IMG/VR virus record: IMGVR_UViG_3300009110_000302
Location: 62,001-117,535 of that record
Source: an uncultured virus (IMG/VR IMGVR_UViG_3300009110_000302)
Taxonomy: Duplodnaviria > Heunggongvirae > Uroviricota > Caudoviricetes
Direction: 5' to 3' (one strand)
Length of the DNA stretch: 55,535 nucleotides
The notes below the pieces were generated by a model that had not been told where the DNA came from, ran no database searches, and saw only the letters and a program-made list of their open reading frames with translations. Both the position numbers and the translations under genes were made by a program. Each line of letters begins with the position of its first letter. Position 1 is the stretch's first letter. Shown here piece after piece: positions 1-10,094 of the stretch.

Positions 1-207
1 TCGTTTATTGTCTGTGACGATGAAGAACAAGCTTTGCATTCTGGAGAGCTACAATATAACACATGGCCGAACTTACAACCGCAGTCTATTAATTCTCTAA
101 TTAAGAACAAAAAAATCCCAAATAAAGGAGTATCAGTGTTTGATTCCACGGGAGTAGCTATTGAAGATGTAGCTATCGCAGCATTAATCTACAAATTATC
201 GGAGTAA
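1..207 (+). CDS. Ornithine cyclodeaminase/mu-crystallin family protein, C-terminal fragment (5' truncated)
   Basis: Not in ORF track; frame 1 translates to ...IVCDDEEQALHSGEL...VSVFDSTGVAIEDVAIAALIYKLSE*, containing the family's C-terminal FDSTGxAxxD motif. Confidence 0.8.
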   Translation, partial: SFIVCDDEEQALHSGELQYNTWPNLQPQSINSLIKNKKIPNKGVSVFDSTGVAIEDVAIAALIYKLSE

Positions 208-315
208 TATGAACGAGGCAGATAGATTAAAATGGAAAATTACCAGACTCAATTCTATAATAAGAGATTTAGAATCAGAGAATAAAAAATTAAAAAAAGG
301 GTTTGGGGTGAGAAG

Positions 316-726
316 GTGTTGCAAACGTACATATTCGATACGCAAGCTGGACAAGACTTTTACAAAAGACTAGATGATCTACATGATGAATATGTATACC
401 ATTTATTATTAAGCGGTCTAGCAGAAAAAGGATTAGATTTAGAGTCTATAAAAATGACAAAGAATCCTGACGTAAGCGAAAAGTATTGCAAAAGAGTAGT
501 AGGTGGGCTGGTAAACGTAAAACCCCAAATAATAGTAAAGCTAACCGAAGACAAGAAACCTAGACTGGAGTGTATATTTACAGTCCTTAATGATAACGAG
601 TACGTCAGGAATGAGTTGTTTATGATACAGAACGTGATGGATTGGCCGCAATTAGGAAAATATAGTTGCCAAATATGGTATTTAGGCGAGACTGCCCTAG
701 AAGAAGTGAGGAAGAAGTGGGAATGA
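316..726 (+). CDS. Hypothetical phage protein
   Basis: 136-aa ORF in a tightly packed + strand gene run. Confidence 0.6.
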   Translation: MLQTYIFDTQAGQDFYKRLDDLHDEYVYHLLLSGLAEKGLDLESIKMTKNPDVSEKYCKRVVGGLVNVKPQIIVKLTEDKKPRLECIFTVLNDNEYVRNELFMIQNVMDWPQLGKYSCQIWYLGETALEEVRKKWE

Positions 727-912
727 AAGCATCGAGAAACGGACAAAGACCTTGTTATACTCCTCCTTTTTCAAGACGTAAAGATTTTTGTAGGAAAGTC
801 AGAGAGACAGAGAAGCAAATACAGCGATGTAAAGATGAAGGGGCTTGGAAGAAGGCGAGTCACCTTCAATGGGTTCTAAGAAATGTTTGGTGGGGCTATA
901 AAAGATACCAGT

Positions 913-1182
913 ATGAAAATTGAAGAAGACTTAAACGATTACGGTAAATATTTAGAATATGATTTTGATAACAGAATCAGTTATGATGAAGACTCAGACT
1001 CTATGTATATCTATGTAGCTCCACCTCAAGGTCAGGTTGGCGCGGTGATGGTTTACGCAGACAAGCAGCATAATATGGTGTCAATAGATACCGATGAAGT
1101 AAATACCCAAGTAGGGATAGAGATAGTCGGAGTATCGAGGTTAATGAAAAAATTTAATTTAAATAAAATAAAAAATAATTAA
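913..1182 (+). CDS. DUF2283-like protein
   Basis: ISYDEDSDSMYIY...SIDTDE...VGIEIVGVS fits the YD-x3-D-x-xYI / D-x-d-x4-vGIEi pattern; ATG at 913 preferred. Confidence 0.6.
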   Translation: MKIEEDLNDYGKYLEYDFDNRISYDEDSDSMYIYVAPPQGQVGAVMVYADKQHNMVSIDTDEVNTQVGIEIVGVSRLMKKFNLNKIKNN

Positions 1183-1186
1183 CATC

Positions 1187-1711
1187 ATGGAAGACCAACC
1201 TTATTTGTTCCCAGAGTTTGCTCGTAGGGCAAAGATGCTTCAAACGATCCTGAAAGAACAGGCTATGGACATTTCTAAAATTAATATTCATTTTGATGGA
1301 GAATCAGAAATGCACATCAAATCTAATAGAAAAGTGAAACAGCTTCAATCATTGGAGGAAAAAAGGTTTTATGCTTTTAAAGGAGATGAAGAAAATCCAA
1401 TGCCGTATATTAAAAATATCAAAACGGGGAAAGTTCTAAAGATTGCTTATACTAGGGATAAATACCCCTGTATTACTTTAGGGCATCGTGACACTCTGAC
1501 GACAACCCCAGTTCATAGATTACTTGCTATGTGTTTTATAGAGAACCCTGACCCTAGTAAACTTATGGAGGTTGACCATTTAAATGGAAATAAGAGAGAT
1601 TGGAGGTTAGAGAATTTAGAGTGGGTTAGCTCTAGTGAAAATAACAAAAGGAGGAAGATTCTTAAAAAGCAGCAAGAGGACTCCCAAACTCCACCAAATT
1701 ATCATATATGA
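1187..1711 (+). CDS. HNH homing-type endonuclease
   Basis: VHRLLAMCFIENP...EVDHLNGNKRDWRLENLEWVSSSENN, typical phage HNH motif. Confidence 0.85.
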   Translation: MEDQPYLFPEFARRAKMLQTILKEQAMDISKINIHFDGESEMHIKSNRKVKQLQSLEEKRFYAFKGDEENPMPYIKNIKTGKVLKIAYTRDKYPCITLGHRDTLTTTPVHRLLAMCFIENPDPSKLMEVDHLNGNKRDWRLENLEWVSSSENNKRRKILKKQQEDSQTPPNYHI

Positions 1712-2208
1712 AAAAGTATTGGGATCATAGCACTAAACCCTCTACTTATGTAATTGTGATTGACGGGGAGGAGGCGTTTCGTGGTAATTATGCTGACGGT
1801 ATGATGTATGTTAAATCTTTAGAAAATGACGGTATGATAAGTTTCAAAGATGATTATCTTCCCGAAATGAATCGTATATCAAAGATAACTTACCGTGCGC
1901 TCCATGTCGAAAAAGAATTGAGACGAGAAATAATTAAATTAAAAAAAGAGCTTAAATAACGGGAGTGTAAAAGGGCTTATGGAAGACAAAATAAAAAAAA
2001 TTTTAGAAAAGTATGCAGACCTTCAAATGAATATGGGTTCTGAAGCGGCTAGGGAAATTTTAGCTATTGATTTGGCTAGATTTTTTAAGCATGAGGTTGC
2101 AGAGCTTAAATCCGAAGTGGAATTAAATAAGAGAATAATGAATAATTTCCACATGGTCGCAAATAAATACCCAGAAATAAAACAAATAATTAGTGGCGAG
2201 CTAGTTAA

Positions 2209-3075
2209 ATGAAAGTGACAATCTTCAGTCTTTGGAGGGACTCTCAACCCTATATTGATAGAGCTTTATCACAGCTTGAAGCTCTTGAAATAAATAATAA
2301 AGACGTTAAGTTCGAGTATTATTTTTATGAAAATGACTCACAAGATGATACCAAATGTATTTTAGAAAACTTTCTTGAGAATAGAGAGGGCAAGCTCGTC
2401 TCTGAAAATTTAAACGCCACCAAATTCGGCTCTACAATCGAAGGAGAAAGAATGAGAGCTATGGCGAAATATAGAAATAACATTCTTTATGCTGCGAAGC
2501 CTATGGATTCTGATTATTGTCTACTCTGGGACAGTGATGTAGAATTTGAGTCAGATATTTTAAATAAATTTTTAAAATATAAAGATGAAGGGGGGATGTT
2601 GTGTCCCAACATAAGACAAAACGTGCCTTGCGTTATGGGTAGTGGCGACGATACTACTTATTATGATAGTTTGTCTTTGATTGACAAGTGGGGCGTTGGT
2701 TGTATGACTTGGGCAAGTAACCCCTTCTATGATGAGGAAGATAGAGCCAAATATGAACAGGGATTACCTATCGAGGTAACGGCGGCTTTTGGGGGTTGCG
2801 TTCTTATTAAGACTGATTTATTAAATAATAAAAAAGTTGAATGGCATTCCGATGGAAAGTTAGAGCATTGGGGTTTATGTGCTAGAATTTTAAAATACAC
2901 TAAAGAAAAAATTATTTTTTTACCTAATGTTGAAGTAAGGGTTCAAATATCCGAAAAAACTATAAATGAAATAAAGCATCATCGCCCTCTATACGCAGCG
3001 CATCAACAAGAAAGTATGGAAATGACCTCTTGGGAAAGACAATTAAAACAAAACGTGCCTAGAGAAGATGTGTAA
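2209..3075 (+). CDS. GT-A fold glycosyltransferase-like protein
   Basis: YENDSQDDT, LWDSDV (DxD), AAFGGCVLIK, EHWGLC motifs. Confidence 0.65.
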   Translation: MKVTIFSLWRDSQPYIDRALSQLEALEINNKDVKFEYYFYENDSQDDTKCILENFLENREGKLVSENLNATKFGSTIEGERMRAMAKYRNNILYAAKPMDSDYCLLWDSDVEFESDILNKFLKYKDEGGMLCPNIRQNVPCVMGSGDDTTYYDSLSLIDKWGVGCMTWASNPFYDEEDRAKYEQGLPIEVTAAFGGCVLIKTDLLNNKKVEWHSDGKLEHWGLCARILKYTKEKIIFLPNVEVRVQISEKTINEIKHHRPLYAAHQQESMEMTSWERQLKQNVPREDV

Positions 3076-3083
3076 ATAAATGT

Positions 3084-3443
3084 GTGTTTGTAGTAGAAGT
3101 CATCATGCCCCAAAGCCTTTCTTCTTGGCAAGAAAGAGGCTATATTGCTTCAGCAGATGAGATAGCTTGTGATAAGTGCAAATTAGGATACTCTAAAGAC
3201 CACTATCAAATTCTTTTTAAAAGTAAGAAACTTGGATACTTCCTTTACCCTCACCCAGAAGATGCCCCCGCGATAGATTTACTTTGTCACGATTGTCTTT
3301 TTAAAAATTTAAAAAAATATGCAGCGGGAGAAGTCGTAGACTTACTCATACTAGACGAAGAAAGAGAGTATAATTGTAAGTTTTATCCAGAAGATGTAGA
3401 CCCCGAATGGGATGACGATAGTGACGATTTTCCATTTAAGTAA
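3084..3443 (+). CDS. Hypothetical protein with two CxxC motifs
   Basis: CDKC and CHDC; acidic C-terminus. Confidence 0.5.
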   Translation: MFVVEVIMPQSLSSWQERGYIASADEIACDKCKLGYSKDHYQILFKSKKLGYFLYPHPEDAPAIDLLCHDCLFKNLKKYAAGEVVDLLILDEEREYNCKFYPEDVDPEWDDDSDDFPFK

Positions 3444-3452
3444 AAAAAAGTC

Positions 3453-3480
3453 TTGACTGCATCCTAACCGTCTCTATAAT
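3453..3480 (+). promoter_or_regulatory. Class A phage promoter (TTG-N9-TAACYRT-N3-TATAAT)
   Basis: TTGACTgcatccTAACCGTctcTATAAT, ATG 8 nt downstream; one of about 17 copies. Confidence 0.75.
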
Positions 3481-3488
3481 GAGACTCC

Positions 3489-4238
3489 ATGCAGATCAAA
3501 CAGTTAGATTTCATCGGTTCTCCAAAGATTGAAAGACAGGAGGAGCAATTCAACTTATGGGACGAAAAAGGAAAGCCCAACAAAATCCGTAATGACGTTG
3601 ACTTTGCGAAGATTGACAAATTATTCAACTCTTTCGACAGAGAAGAAGTAGAACGGTATAAATCTTACTGGGAAAGTATCAAGCCCCAAAATGATACAGA
3701 ACTTTTTCAGCGTTGGCTTTTCGCCTTCATGTCCGTACATACCAGTTGGGAATCTAACGTGCGTGGATATGAAGCGGTGAAAGATTGGATTTCTTGGGTA
3801 AATCGTGATGATGAACTTGAACGTAGACTTGTCGAAAGCCGAGTCGGTCTGCATAAAAATCGTACAAGATTTATCTCGCAATTTGCCCAAAATTTTTGGA
3901 GTGATCCAGAATGGTACAAGCACCAAGAAGGAAACTGGCAGACGTTTCGTGATAGACTTGTCAAAAAGATTCTTGGATTGGGCATCGCAAAAGTGTCGTT
4001 TGCTTTGGAAATGGTTTACCCTAACGAAGCTGAAGTGACCTGTATGGATACTCACTTATTCCAAGCGTATGGCCTTGACCAAACAAAGGACGCTAGACGA
4101 TATACCGAAATTGAGAATTATTGGCTAGATATGTGTCGTATGTGGAATGTACCCTCGACTATCGCAAGAGCAATCTTGTGGGACAGAAAGCAAAACCAAA
4201 CTGATAGCCGTTACTGGAGTTATGTATTGGAGGATTAA
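3489..4238 (+). CDS. HhH DNA glycosylase/AP lyase, 8-oxoguanine glycosylase (Ogg)-like
   Basis: LVKKILGLGIAKVSFAL...TCMDTHL: helix-hairpin-helix with Lys and downstream Asp as in Ogg-type enzymes. Confidence 0.65.
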   Translation: MQIKQLDFIGSPKIERQEEQFNLWDEKGKPNKIRNDVDFAKIDKLFNSFDREEVERYKSYWESIKPQNDTELFQRWLFAFMSVHTSWESNVRGYEAVKDWISWVNRDDELERRLVESRVGLHKNRTRFISQFAQNFWSDPEWYKHQEGNWQTFRDRLVKKILGLGIAKVSFALEMVYPNEAEVTCMDTHLFQAYGLDQTKDARRYTEIENYWLDMCRMWNVPSTIARAILWDRKQNQTDSRYWSYVLED

Positions 4239-4423
4239 AATGAGAAACTACGAACTAATTAAAGCAATCTACGATAGATGTCCCGATGCAACCGACCATC
4301 CTTATACCATAGACCAATACTTTGACCGTTGCCAAGACATTATAGACATGATTGAGAGAGAAAGACCAGAGCTTAAAAGTAAGAATCATTACCCACAACA
4401 AGAAGCAGGAATTGATTATTAAA

Positions 4424-4732
4424 ATGAGATTAACAGAGAAAAATCAAAGAGTATTTTATTGGACAGTCATAGGTATTGTGCTTGCAATGTTTGGAATGTT
4501 ATACACCCAATATGTAGATTTAGAGGAGACGCTTCATCGAACGCATAGGGTTAGCAGTAGACAGGCTCAATTAACCACAAAAAGTTGGTACGATAAAGTA
4601 TTGATTAAAGACAGAAAAATTGAACTGCTTGAACAGCATATTCTTTTTGCAGAGGAACATCACATAAAAGAAATTGGCGCGTGTGTAGCGTATTACACCA
4701 GCGTATTAGAAGAAGTAAAAAACAAGAGATAA
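4424..4732 (+). CDS. Hypothetical membrane protein
   Basis: N-terminal TM VFYWTVIGIVLAMFGMLY. Confidence 0.5.
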   Translation: MRLTEKNQRVFYWTVIGIVLAMFGMLYTQYVDLEETLHRTHRVSSRQAQLTTKSWYDKVLIKDRKIELLEQHILFAEEHHIKEIGACVAYYTSVLEEVKNKR

Positions 4733-4736
4733 AAAA

Positions 4737-5981
4737 ATGAAATTTAAGACTTTATACAAACGAACTACCGTTGGGAAAATCCAAGAGTGGACTATTGAAG
4801 TGGTCGGTGATAAGTACCGTACCATTTCGGGACAGCAAGACGGTAAGAAGATTACAAACAACTGGACTACTTGTTACCCAAAGAACGTAGGTAAGGCTAA
4901 CGCTACTACTGGTGAATTACAGGCACAAAATGAAGCCTCTGCGAAGCACCAGAAAAAGGTTGAGTCAGGTTATCGCCACTCCATAAGCAACATCGACAAG
5001 AAGAAATTTTATGTGCCTATGTTGGCGAAAGATTTTAAAGACAAGAACCGACAGAAAGAAGTGATGGGTGAGATTGATGAATCGGGAGTGGGTGCGCCCG
5101 TATTCTCCCAACCCAAGCTGGATGGCATACGTTGTATTGCTATGCGTGAGGGATTGTTCACTAGGAGTGGCAAGAAGATTACTGCTTGTCCTCACATTAG
5201 CGTTGCACTGGAAGATTTCTTTGAGAAGTATCCTAATGCTGTTCTTGATGGCGAGTTGTATAATCATAAGTATAAAGATGATTTCAACAAAATCATTCAT
5301 CTTGTGCGTAAGCAGAATCTTACTGAAGAACATTTGGCAGAGAGCAAGAGGATGATTCAATATCATATTTATGATGCTCCAGTAATAGGTAAGGACAACC
5401 CATTCCGTAAAGGTGGAGCCTACACAGAGAAGGATTCGTTTTCGGACAGAACTTCCGTACTAGACGCACAGTTCGCTAATCTAGGACTTGATAAGTCTTG
5501 TCGTATTTTTCGTAGGAAGTTCAAAAATGGAAGGAGTCATCAAGGTTTGACGCTTGAAGATAACCCTCTTGTTATAGTAGAGACTACCGAAATCCACGGC
5601 AGAGAGCAACTAGACCGTTGCTATGAAGATTATGTAGAAGCGGGGTACGAAGGACAGATGATTAGGCTTGACGGGCCTTACGAAAACAAGCGTTCATCAA
5701 AACTGCTGAAACGTAAAGAGTTTATTGATGAAGAATATACTATTCTTGGGTACGAAGAAGGCGAGGGTAATCGTGAGGGAACGATTAAGCATTTTAAATT
5801 TAAGAATAAGGACGGTAGAGATTTTAACTCAAACGTCAAAGGTACATTTGAATACCTAACAGGGCTGCTAGAAAAAGCAGACAGTTTAATAGGTAAAGAA
5901 GCAACAATCAAATACTTCAACCTTACTCCCGATGGAGTGCCAAGGTTTCCGTATGTGATTGCAATTAGAGACTACGAATAA
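4737..5981 (+). CDS. lig: ATP-dependent DNA ligase
   Basis: Motif I QPKLDGIRC, LDGELY, YEGQMIR, LLKRK, C-terminal PRFP. Confidence 0.95.
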   Translation: MKFKTLYKRTTVGKIQEWTIEVVGDKYRTISGQQDGKKITNNWTTCYPKNVGKANATTGELQAQNEASAKHQKKVESGYRHSISNIDKKKFYVPMLAKDFKDKNRQKEVMGEIDESGVGAPVFSQPKLDGIRCIAMREGLFTRSGKKITACPHISVALEDFFEKYPNAVLDGELYNHKYKDDFNKIIHLVRKQNLTEEHLAESKRMIQYHIYDAPVIGKDNPFRKGGAYTEKDSFSDRTSVLDAQFANLGLDKSCRIFRRKFKNGRSHQGLTLEDNPLVIVETTEIHGREQLDRCYEDYVEAGYEGQMIRLDGPYENKRSSKLLKRKEFIDEEYTILGYEEGEGNREGTIKHFKFKNKDGRDFNSNVKGTFEYLTGLLEKADSLIGKEATIKYFNLTPDGVPRFPYVIAIRDYE

Positions 5982-6513
5982 AATTATGGGATACAAAATA
6001 CTAGACGTTAAAGCAGACATCCACGAAGATATTGAAAAATACTTTGAGGAAAAATGGCCCCAACTGCGAGAGTTCGGTTGGAAGAATCAACTAGAAGGAG
6101 ATGTTCTTGACATTGTAGACGAACATTTTAAAAAGATAGAAAGATAAATTATGCCAATATCAAAACATAGAAAAAAAGGACTAACGCCTCGACAATGGAG
6201 AAAGAGGCGTAACAAGAGGAAGTCTCAAGAAATGTTGGACAGGAAATCTGAAATGCGTCGAGCCATGATGAAGATGATGCAACAGCAAATGCTTGACGAG
6301 GCAGAAAAGGAGGGGGAAAAAGAAAATGAGAATTAAACCAGTAGAAGAATGTCATAATATCATTAAATATGAACAGGAACGTAGGCAAATTGGAGAACAG
6401 TCTATTGAAGCGATTAAGGATAGTATGCCTTCAGAGATTCAGACTAAATACAATCAACGAGACATAGAGAAACGTAGGTTAAACACTCAATGGGATAGAG
6501 GAGGAATAAACGA

Positions 6514-6846
6514 ATGAAGGTAACAATTAAAGAAGGAATACAAAATTACCTAGAGGATAATTATCCAGATTTCGTTGATGATATTCTTTTAGCTGATGGT
6601 TTTGAAAAAGCGTTTATGGGAGTATCTGAAGTCTATGGGCAAAAACCAGTAGCTTGTTACGATAGTTCAAAATGTATTGACATACTAATGGAAAGAGACG
6701 AAATGGATTGTGACGAGGCCATTGAGTATTTTCATTTCAATGTGACGGGAGCATACGCTGGAGAATTTACTCCCGCTTTTATATTTCCATTTGACGAGAA
6801 GTACGATTGTATAAGCATACTAGAACACGAATTAGAAAATGAATAA
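6514..6846 (+). CDS. Phage hypothetical protein
   Basis: LADGFEKAFMG...VACYD...EAIEYFHFNVTGAYAGEFTP, a pattern I recall from aquatic phage hypotheticals. Confidence 0.6.
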   Translation: MKVTIKEGIQNYLEDNYPDFVDDILLADGFEKAFMGVSEVYGQKPVACYDSSKCIDILMERDEMDCDEAIEYFHFNVTGAYAGEFTPAFIFPFDEKYDCISILEHELENE

Positions 6847-7865
6847 ATTAGCATATTATAGAGAAGCCATAGACTGTCCCGAATGTGGACTACCTACGAA
6901 TTACCTACAAGAAGTAGAAGAAGATGAGCAAAGAGTATTAAAGTGTGAGGACTGCTTCAAAGAAGAAGAATAAATTATTTAAAATTTTAAATTATTATGA
7001 AGTTTGAAGTAAACAGAAATAGCGCAAGGCCATCAGATATTCAACTTATCGCCCAAGCACTTGAGAAGGCGAAGCCTTGGGGGTTAGAAGCGGAGTTTAT
7101 GTGGAGTTTGGCGACCCATTTTAAAACTTACCCTTCAGACCCTATGGATATGGCAGTTCAAGTTGCACTGGACGATTGGGATTTAGATGATTGACCTTAA
7201 CCTAACTATTTGTATAATATAGAGACGGACATGAAAACAATTAAAAAAGGAAAGATCATTAAACGTGCGTCAGACGAGGACGCAGAACAACAGGTGAAAT
7301 CGGGCTGGAAATACTGTCCCAAGTCTGAATGGCGTGAGAAAGTTCGTGACGCTAAACCAGTAGAGGAGAAGAAAGTAGAGGAGAAGAAGAAAGTAACAAA
7401 GAAGAAAGCTGTGAAAAAGAAATGAGCGGAAAAGAAAAGCAAGAGCAAAAGCAACGCCTAGATAGGATGTTGAGTAACAGTCTCCAAGAGACTCTTGAGC
7501 GTAAAGCCCAATACTATAAGAAGTATGGGATGGAGGTTCAAGCCAAGAAGGTTCGTGCCTTCAAAAAACAAGTACGAGAAATGGTAGGAAGTCTTTAAAT
7601 ATGACTGATAAACAAATACTAGATGAAGCGTACCGTACCCTTCAAGTAGCAAAAAATTGTGGTGAAGGAAAGATGCAAAACGAATTAGTCACGGAGCTTG
7701 TGTCTGTAATCGAACAAGAATGGCAGAAGCGAGACGAAGAAGAAATGGTTAGCCAATACAATAGAAACAGAAGTCCAAAAGATTGGATCGTTGACGTTCG
7801 TGAAATGGAGCGGCATCGTGGATTAGAAATTGGAGAAGATGGAACAGTTACAGATTTAAAATAAC

Positions 7866-8219
7866 ATGAAAATAAAATGGGAAAAAAATAGCAGGGTGCT
7901 GGGTTTAGCATCTCAAGGCAAGATTAACCAAGAAGATATTGTACCTCGTTCAAGGACGGATGAATTTCTTGATGAAGTTGCTACCGTGAGGATGAGCAGC
8001 GTAAGAGAGAAAGACCCTTTCTTGACAATCCATATTAGAGGCCCGTTAAGGCATCAGAAAAAACCTTGGGGTACATATAAATATGCGAGCGTGTGTCGTA
8101 TTAACCTTGGAGGCCCGTACACAAAGAGTATGTGTTCAAACGGCGACCTTTCAGAAGCATATAGCTGGCAAGACGTTCACAACGTAGTAGAAGAAGTGAA
8201 GGAGGTGATGAGTCTATGA
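7866..8219 (+). CDS. Hypothetical protein
   Basis: 117-aa ORF in a packed run. Confidence 0.5.
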   Translation: MKIKWEKNSRVLGLASQGKINQEDIVPRSRTDEFLDEVATVRMSSVREKDPFLTIHIRGPLRHQKKPWGTYKYASVCRINLGGPYTKSMCSNGDLSEAYSWQDVHNVVEEVKEVMSL

Positions 8220-8420
8220 AGAACTTAATCCTTATTCTAGTGCTTCCACTTATCGGGTGTAGCTCGACGAGACAGGAGCCAAATATAGAGTTGCCAGAAG
8301 GTATCCATGACCTTCTTCATATAGGGGATACTTACGCCTATAAGAGCATTACAATCAAAGATTATTTCCCGCCAGCAGAAGTAAATTAAATAACCTCAAT
8401 CAAGAAAGGGTCAGAGTCTA

Positions 8421-9263
8421 ATGGTTATGTCAAAGAATCACCAAGCGTTAAACCCCCACTATGCAAGTTACAATTTTCTTCCTGTTATGAGTCGAGAGGA
8501 GGAGCTTGAGGTGGGTGCAAAACTATCTAGTAAAAACGAAAGAGAGAGGAGAAAAGCTCAAGAAGAATTTGTTAACAGAAATTTAAGGCTGGTAATAAAA
8601 ATTGCTTCTGGATACTCAAGGTGTGGTCTTGAGTTAGACGACATGGTTTGCGAGGGAAATATGGGATTAATGGAAGCGGCTAAAAGGTATGACCCATTAG
8701 TAGGGACGAAGTTCAGCACTTATGCCGCTTATTGGATTCGTCAAAAAATAACCAGAGCATTATGTAATCATGGACGTTTAATTAGATTGCCTGTCCAGTT
8801 GGTTCAGTTACAACTAAAGGTTATCAAGTATGTAGACTCTTATTCTCAAGAGAACAATAACGAGGCTACCCCCAAACAAATTGCTGAAGCGTTGGAGGAG
8901 CCTGTCCATTTAGTTGAGAAAGTATTAAATTCAAAATACACTTTTACAAGCGTCGATTCTTTAATGTGCGCTGACGATGCTGCCTCAAGTTTTGGTAGCG
9001 TATTTGCTGATGAGAAAACTGATTCTCCATTAGACTCTCTTGTTAAGAATAATGACAAAGAAGTAATAAATAAATTCTTGAATAAACTTAAAGACAGAGA
9101 AAAGTATATCATTGAGCATAGGTTCGGTCTTAATAATAAAGATATAAAAACTTTAGAAAAAATAGGTGAAGAATTTAATGTCACTAGGGAGAGGATCAGA
9201 CAGGTTGAGTTTGAGGCCATGAAGAAGTTACGTTTTGCAATACAGAAAGCGTATAAGGACTAA
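8421..9263 (+). CDS. RNA polymerase sigma-70 family factor (RpoD/RpoS-like regions 1.2-4)
   Basis: NLRLVIKIA, DDMVCEGNMGLMEAAKRYDP, KFSTYAAYWIRQ, TLEKIGEEFNVTRERIRQVE. Confidence 0.95.
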   Translation: MVMSKNHQALNPHYASYNFLPVMSREEELEVGAKLSSKNERERRKAQEEFVNRNLRLVIKIASGYSRCGLELDDMVCEGNMGLMEAAKRYDPLVGTKFSTYAAYWIRQKITRALCNHGRLIRLPVQLVQLQLKVIKYVDSYSQENNNEATPKQIAEALEEPVHLVEKVLNSKYTFTSVDSLMCADDAASSFGSVFADEKTDSPLDSLVKNNDKEVINKFLNKLKDREKYIIEHRFGLNNKDIKTLEKIGEEFNVTRERIRQVEFEAMKKLRFAIQKAYKD

Positions 9264-9272
9264 TTCCTTCTT

Positions 9273-9360
9273 GGGGAAGTGGTGGAATTGGCAGACACAA
9301 CAGACTTAAAATCTGTCGAACATTGAGTTCGTGCGGGTTCAAGTCCCGCCTTCCCTACCA
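9273..9360 (+). tRNA. tRNA-Leu (anticodon UAA), CCA encoded
   Basis: Acceptor GGGGAAG/CTTCCCT+ACCA; anticodon arm ACAGA-CTTAAAA-TCTGT; long variable arm; T arm GCGGG-TTCAAGT-CCCGC. Confidence 0.95.
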
Positions 9361-9379
9361 ATCTTTTTTTAATATAAAA

Positions 9380-9994
9380 ATGTTTGATGAATTTAAAACA
9401 ATTTTTTCCAAACTCAAAGGTAGAGTTAATGAAAAGAGAAAGAAACTTGATAAGATTAAATTTAATAAGGTCGGAACTGGTGGAGCTAAAGAATATGGGA
9501 TAAATGATGAAGAAGTTCAGAACTTAAAAGAGGTACGAAAGTTAAGACGTAAACCGCGACTGTACGGTAGACGTAAAAATTTCCGTCAGATTGCTGACGA
9601 GATGAACAAACAAGGACGTAAGAATCGTCAGGGTAATCCTTGGACAGAGCAAGCTATTAGAGTTATGTTTATTGATCGAACCGATAGAACTAAAGCTAAT
9701 AAAAGACGTAAAAATCAGATTAAAAGTCTTGAAGCGGAGGTGGAATTTGATTTAACCCTTGAATACCTAGCTGAACTTTGGGAACAACAAAAGGGTTTGT
9801 GTGCTATCACTGGATTAAAAATGATTAAACCGGATCAGCCTAGATCACCTTTAAATGGTTCACCAGATAGAGTAGATTCCAGTAAAGGCTACGTTAAAGG
9901 TAACGTCCAGTGGTTATGCACGTTTGTTAATTATGCTAAAAATGATTTCAATAATAGGGAAATTAAGGAGATATTTCAAGCTATTAAGATTTGA
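9380..9994 (+). CDS. Putative endonuclease with N-terminal recombinase-type DNA-binding segment
   Basis: FRQIADEMNKQGRKNRQGNPWTEQAI (serine recombinase RD-like) plus QKGLCAITG...SPDRVDSSKGYVKGNVQW (His-Me-like nuclease). Confidence 0.6.
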   Translation: MFDEFKTIFSKLKGRVNEKRKKLDKIKFNKVGTGGAKEYGINDEEVQNLKEVRKLRRKPRLYGRRKNFRQIADEMNKQGRKNRQGNPWTEQAIRVMFIDRTDRTKANKRRKNQIKSLEAEVEFDLTLEYLAELWEQQKGLCAITGLKMIKPDQPRSPLNGSPDRVDSSKGYVKGNVQWLCTFVNYAKNDFNNREIKEIFQAIKI

Positions 9995-10058
9995 ATTATT
10001 TTAAAATTTTAAAAAAAGTACCGAAACGGTAGCTTGATTTATTTTTTTCAAAAAAGAT

Positions 10059-10086
10059 TTGACTCAACTCTAACCATCGCTATAAT
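10059..10086 (+). promoter_or_regulatory. Class A phage promoter (rIIA)
   Basis: TTGACTcaactcTAACCATcgcTATAAT, ATG 8 nt downstream. Confidence 0.8.
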
Positions 10087-10094
10087 TAGCATCA

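Noticed and set aside
9323..9379. Track start of the 223-aa ORF
   Set aside because: Overlaps the tRNA; ATG 9380 is more plausible.
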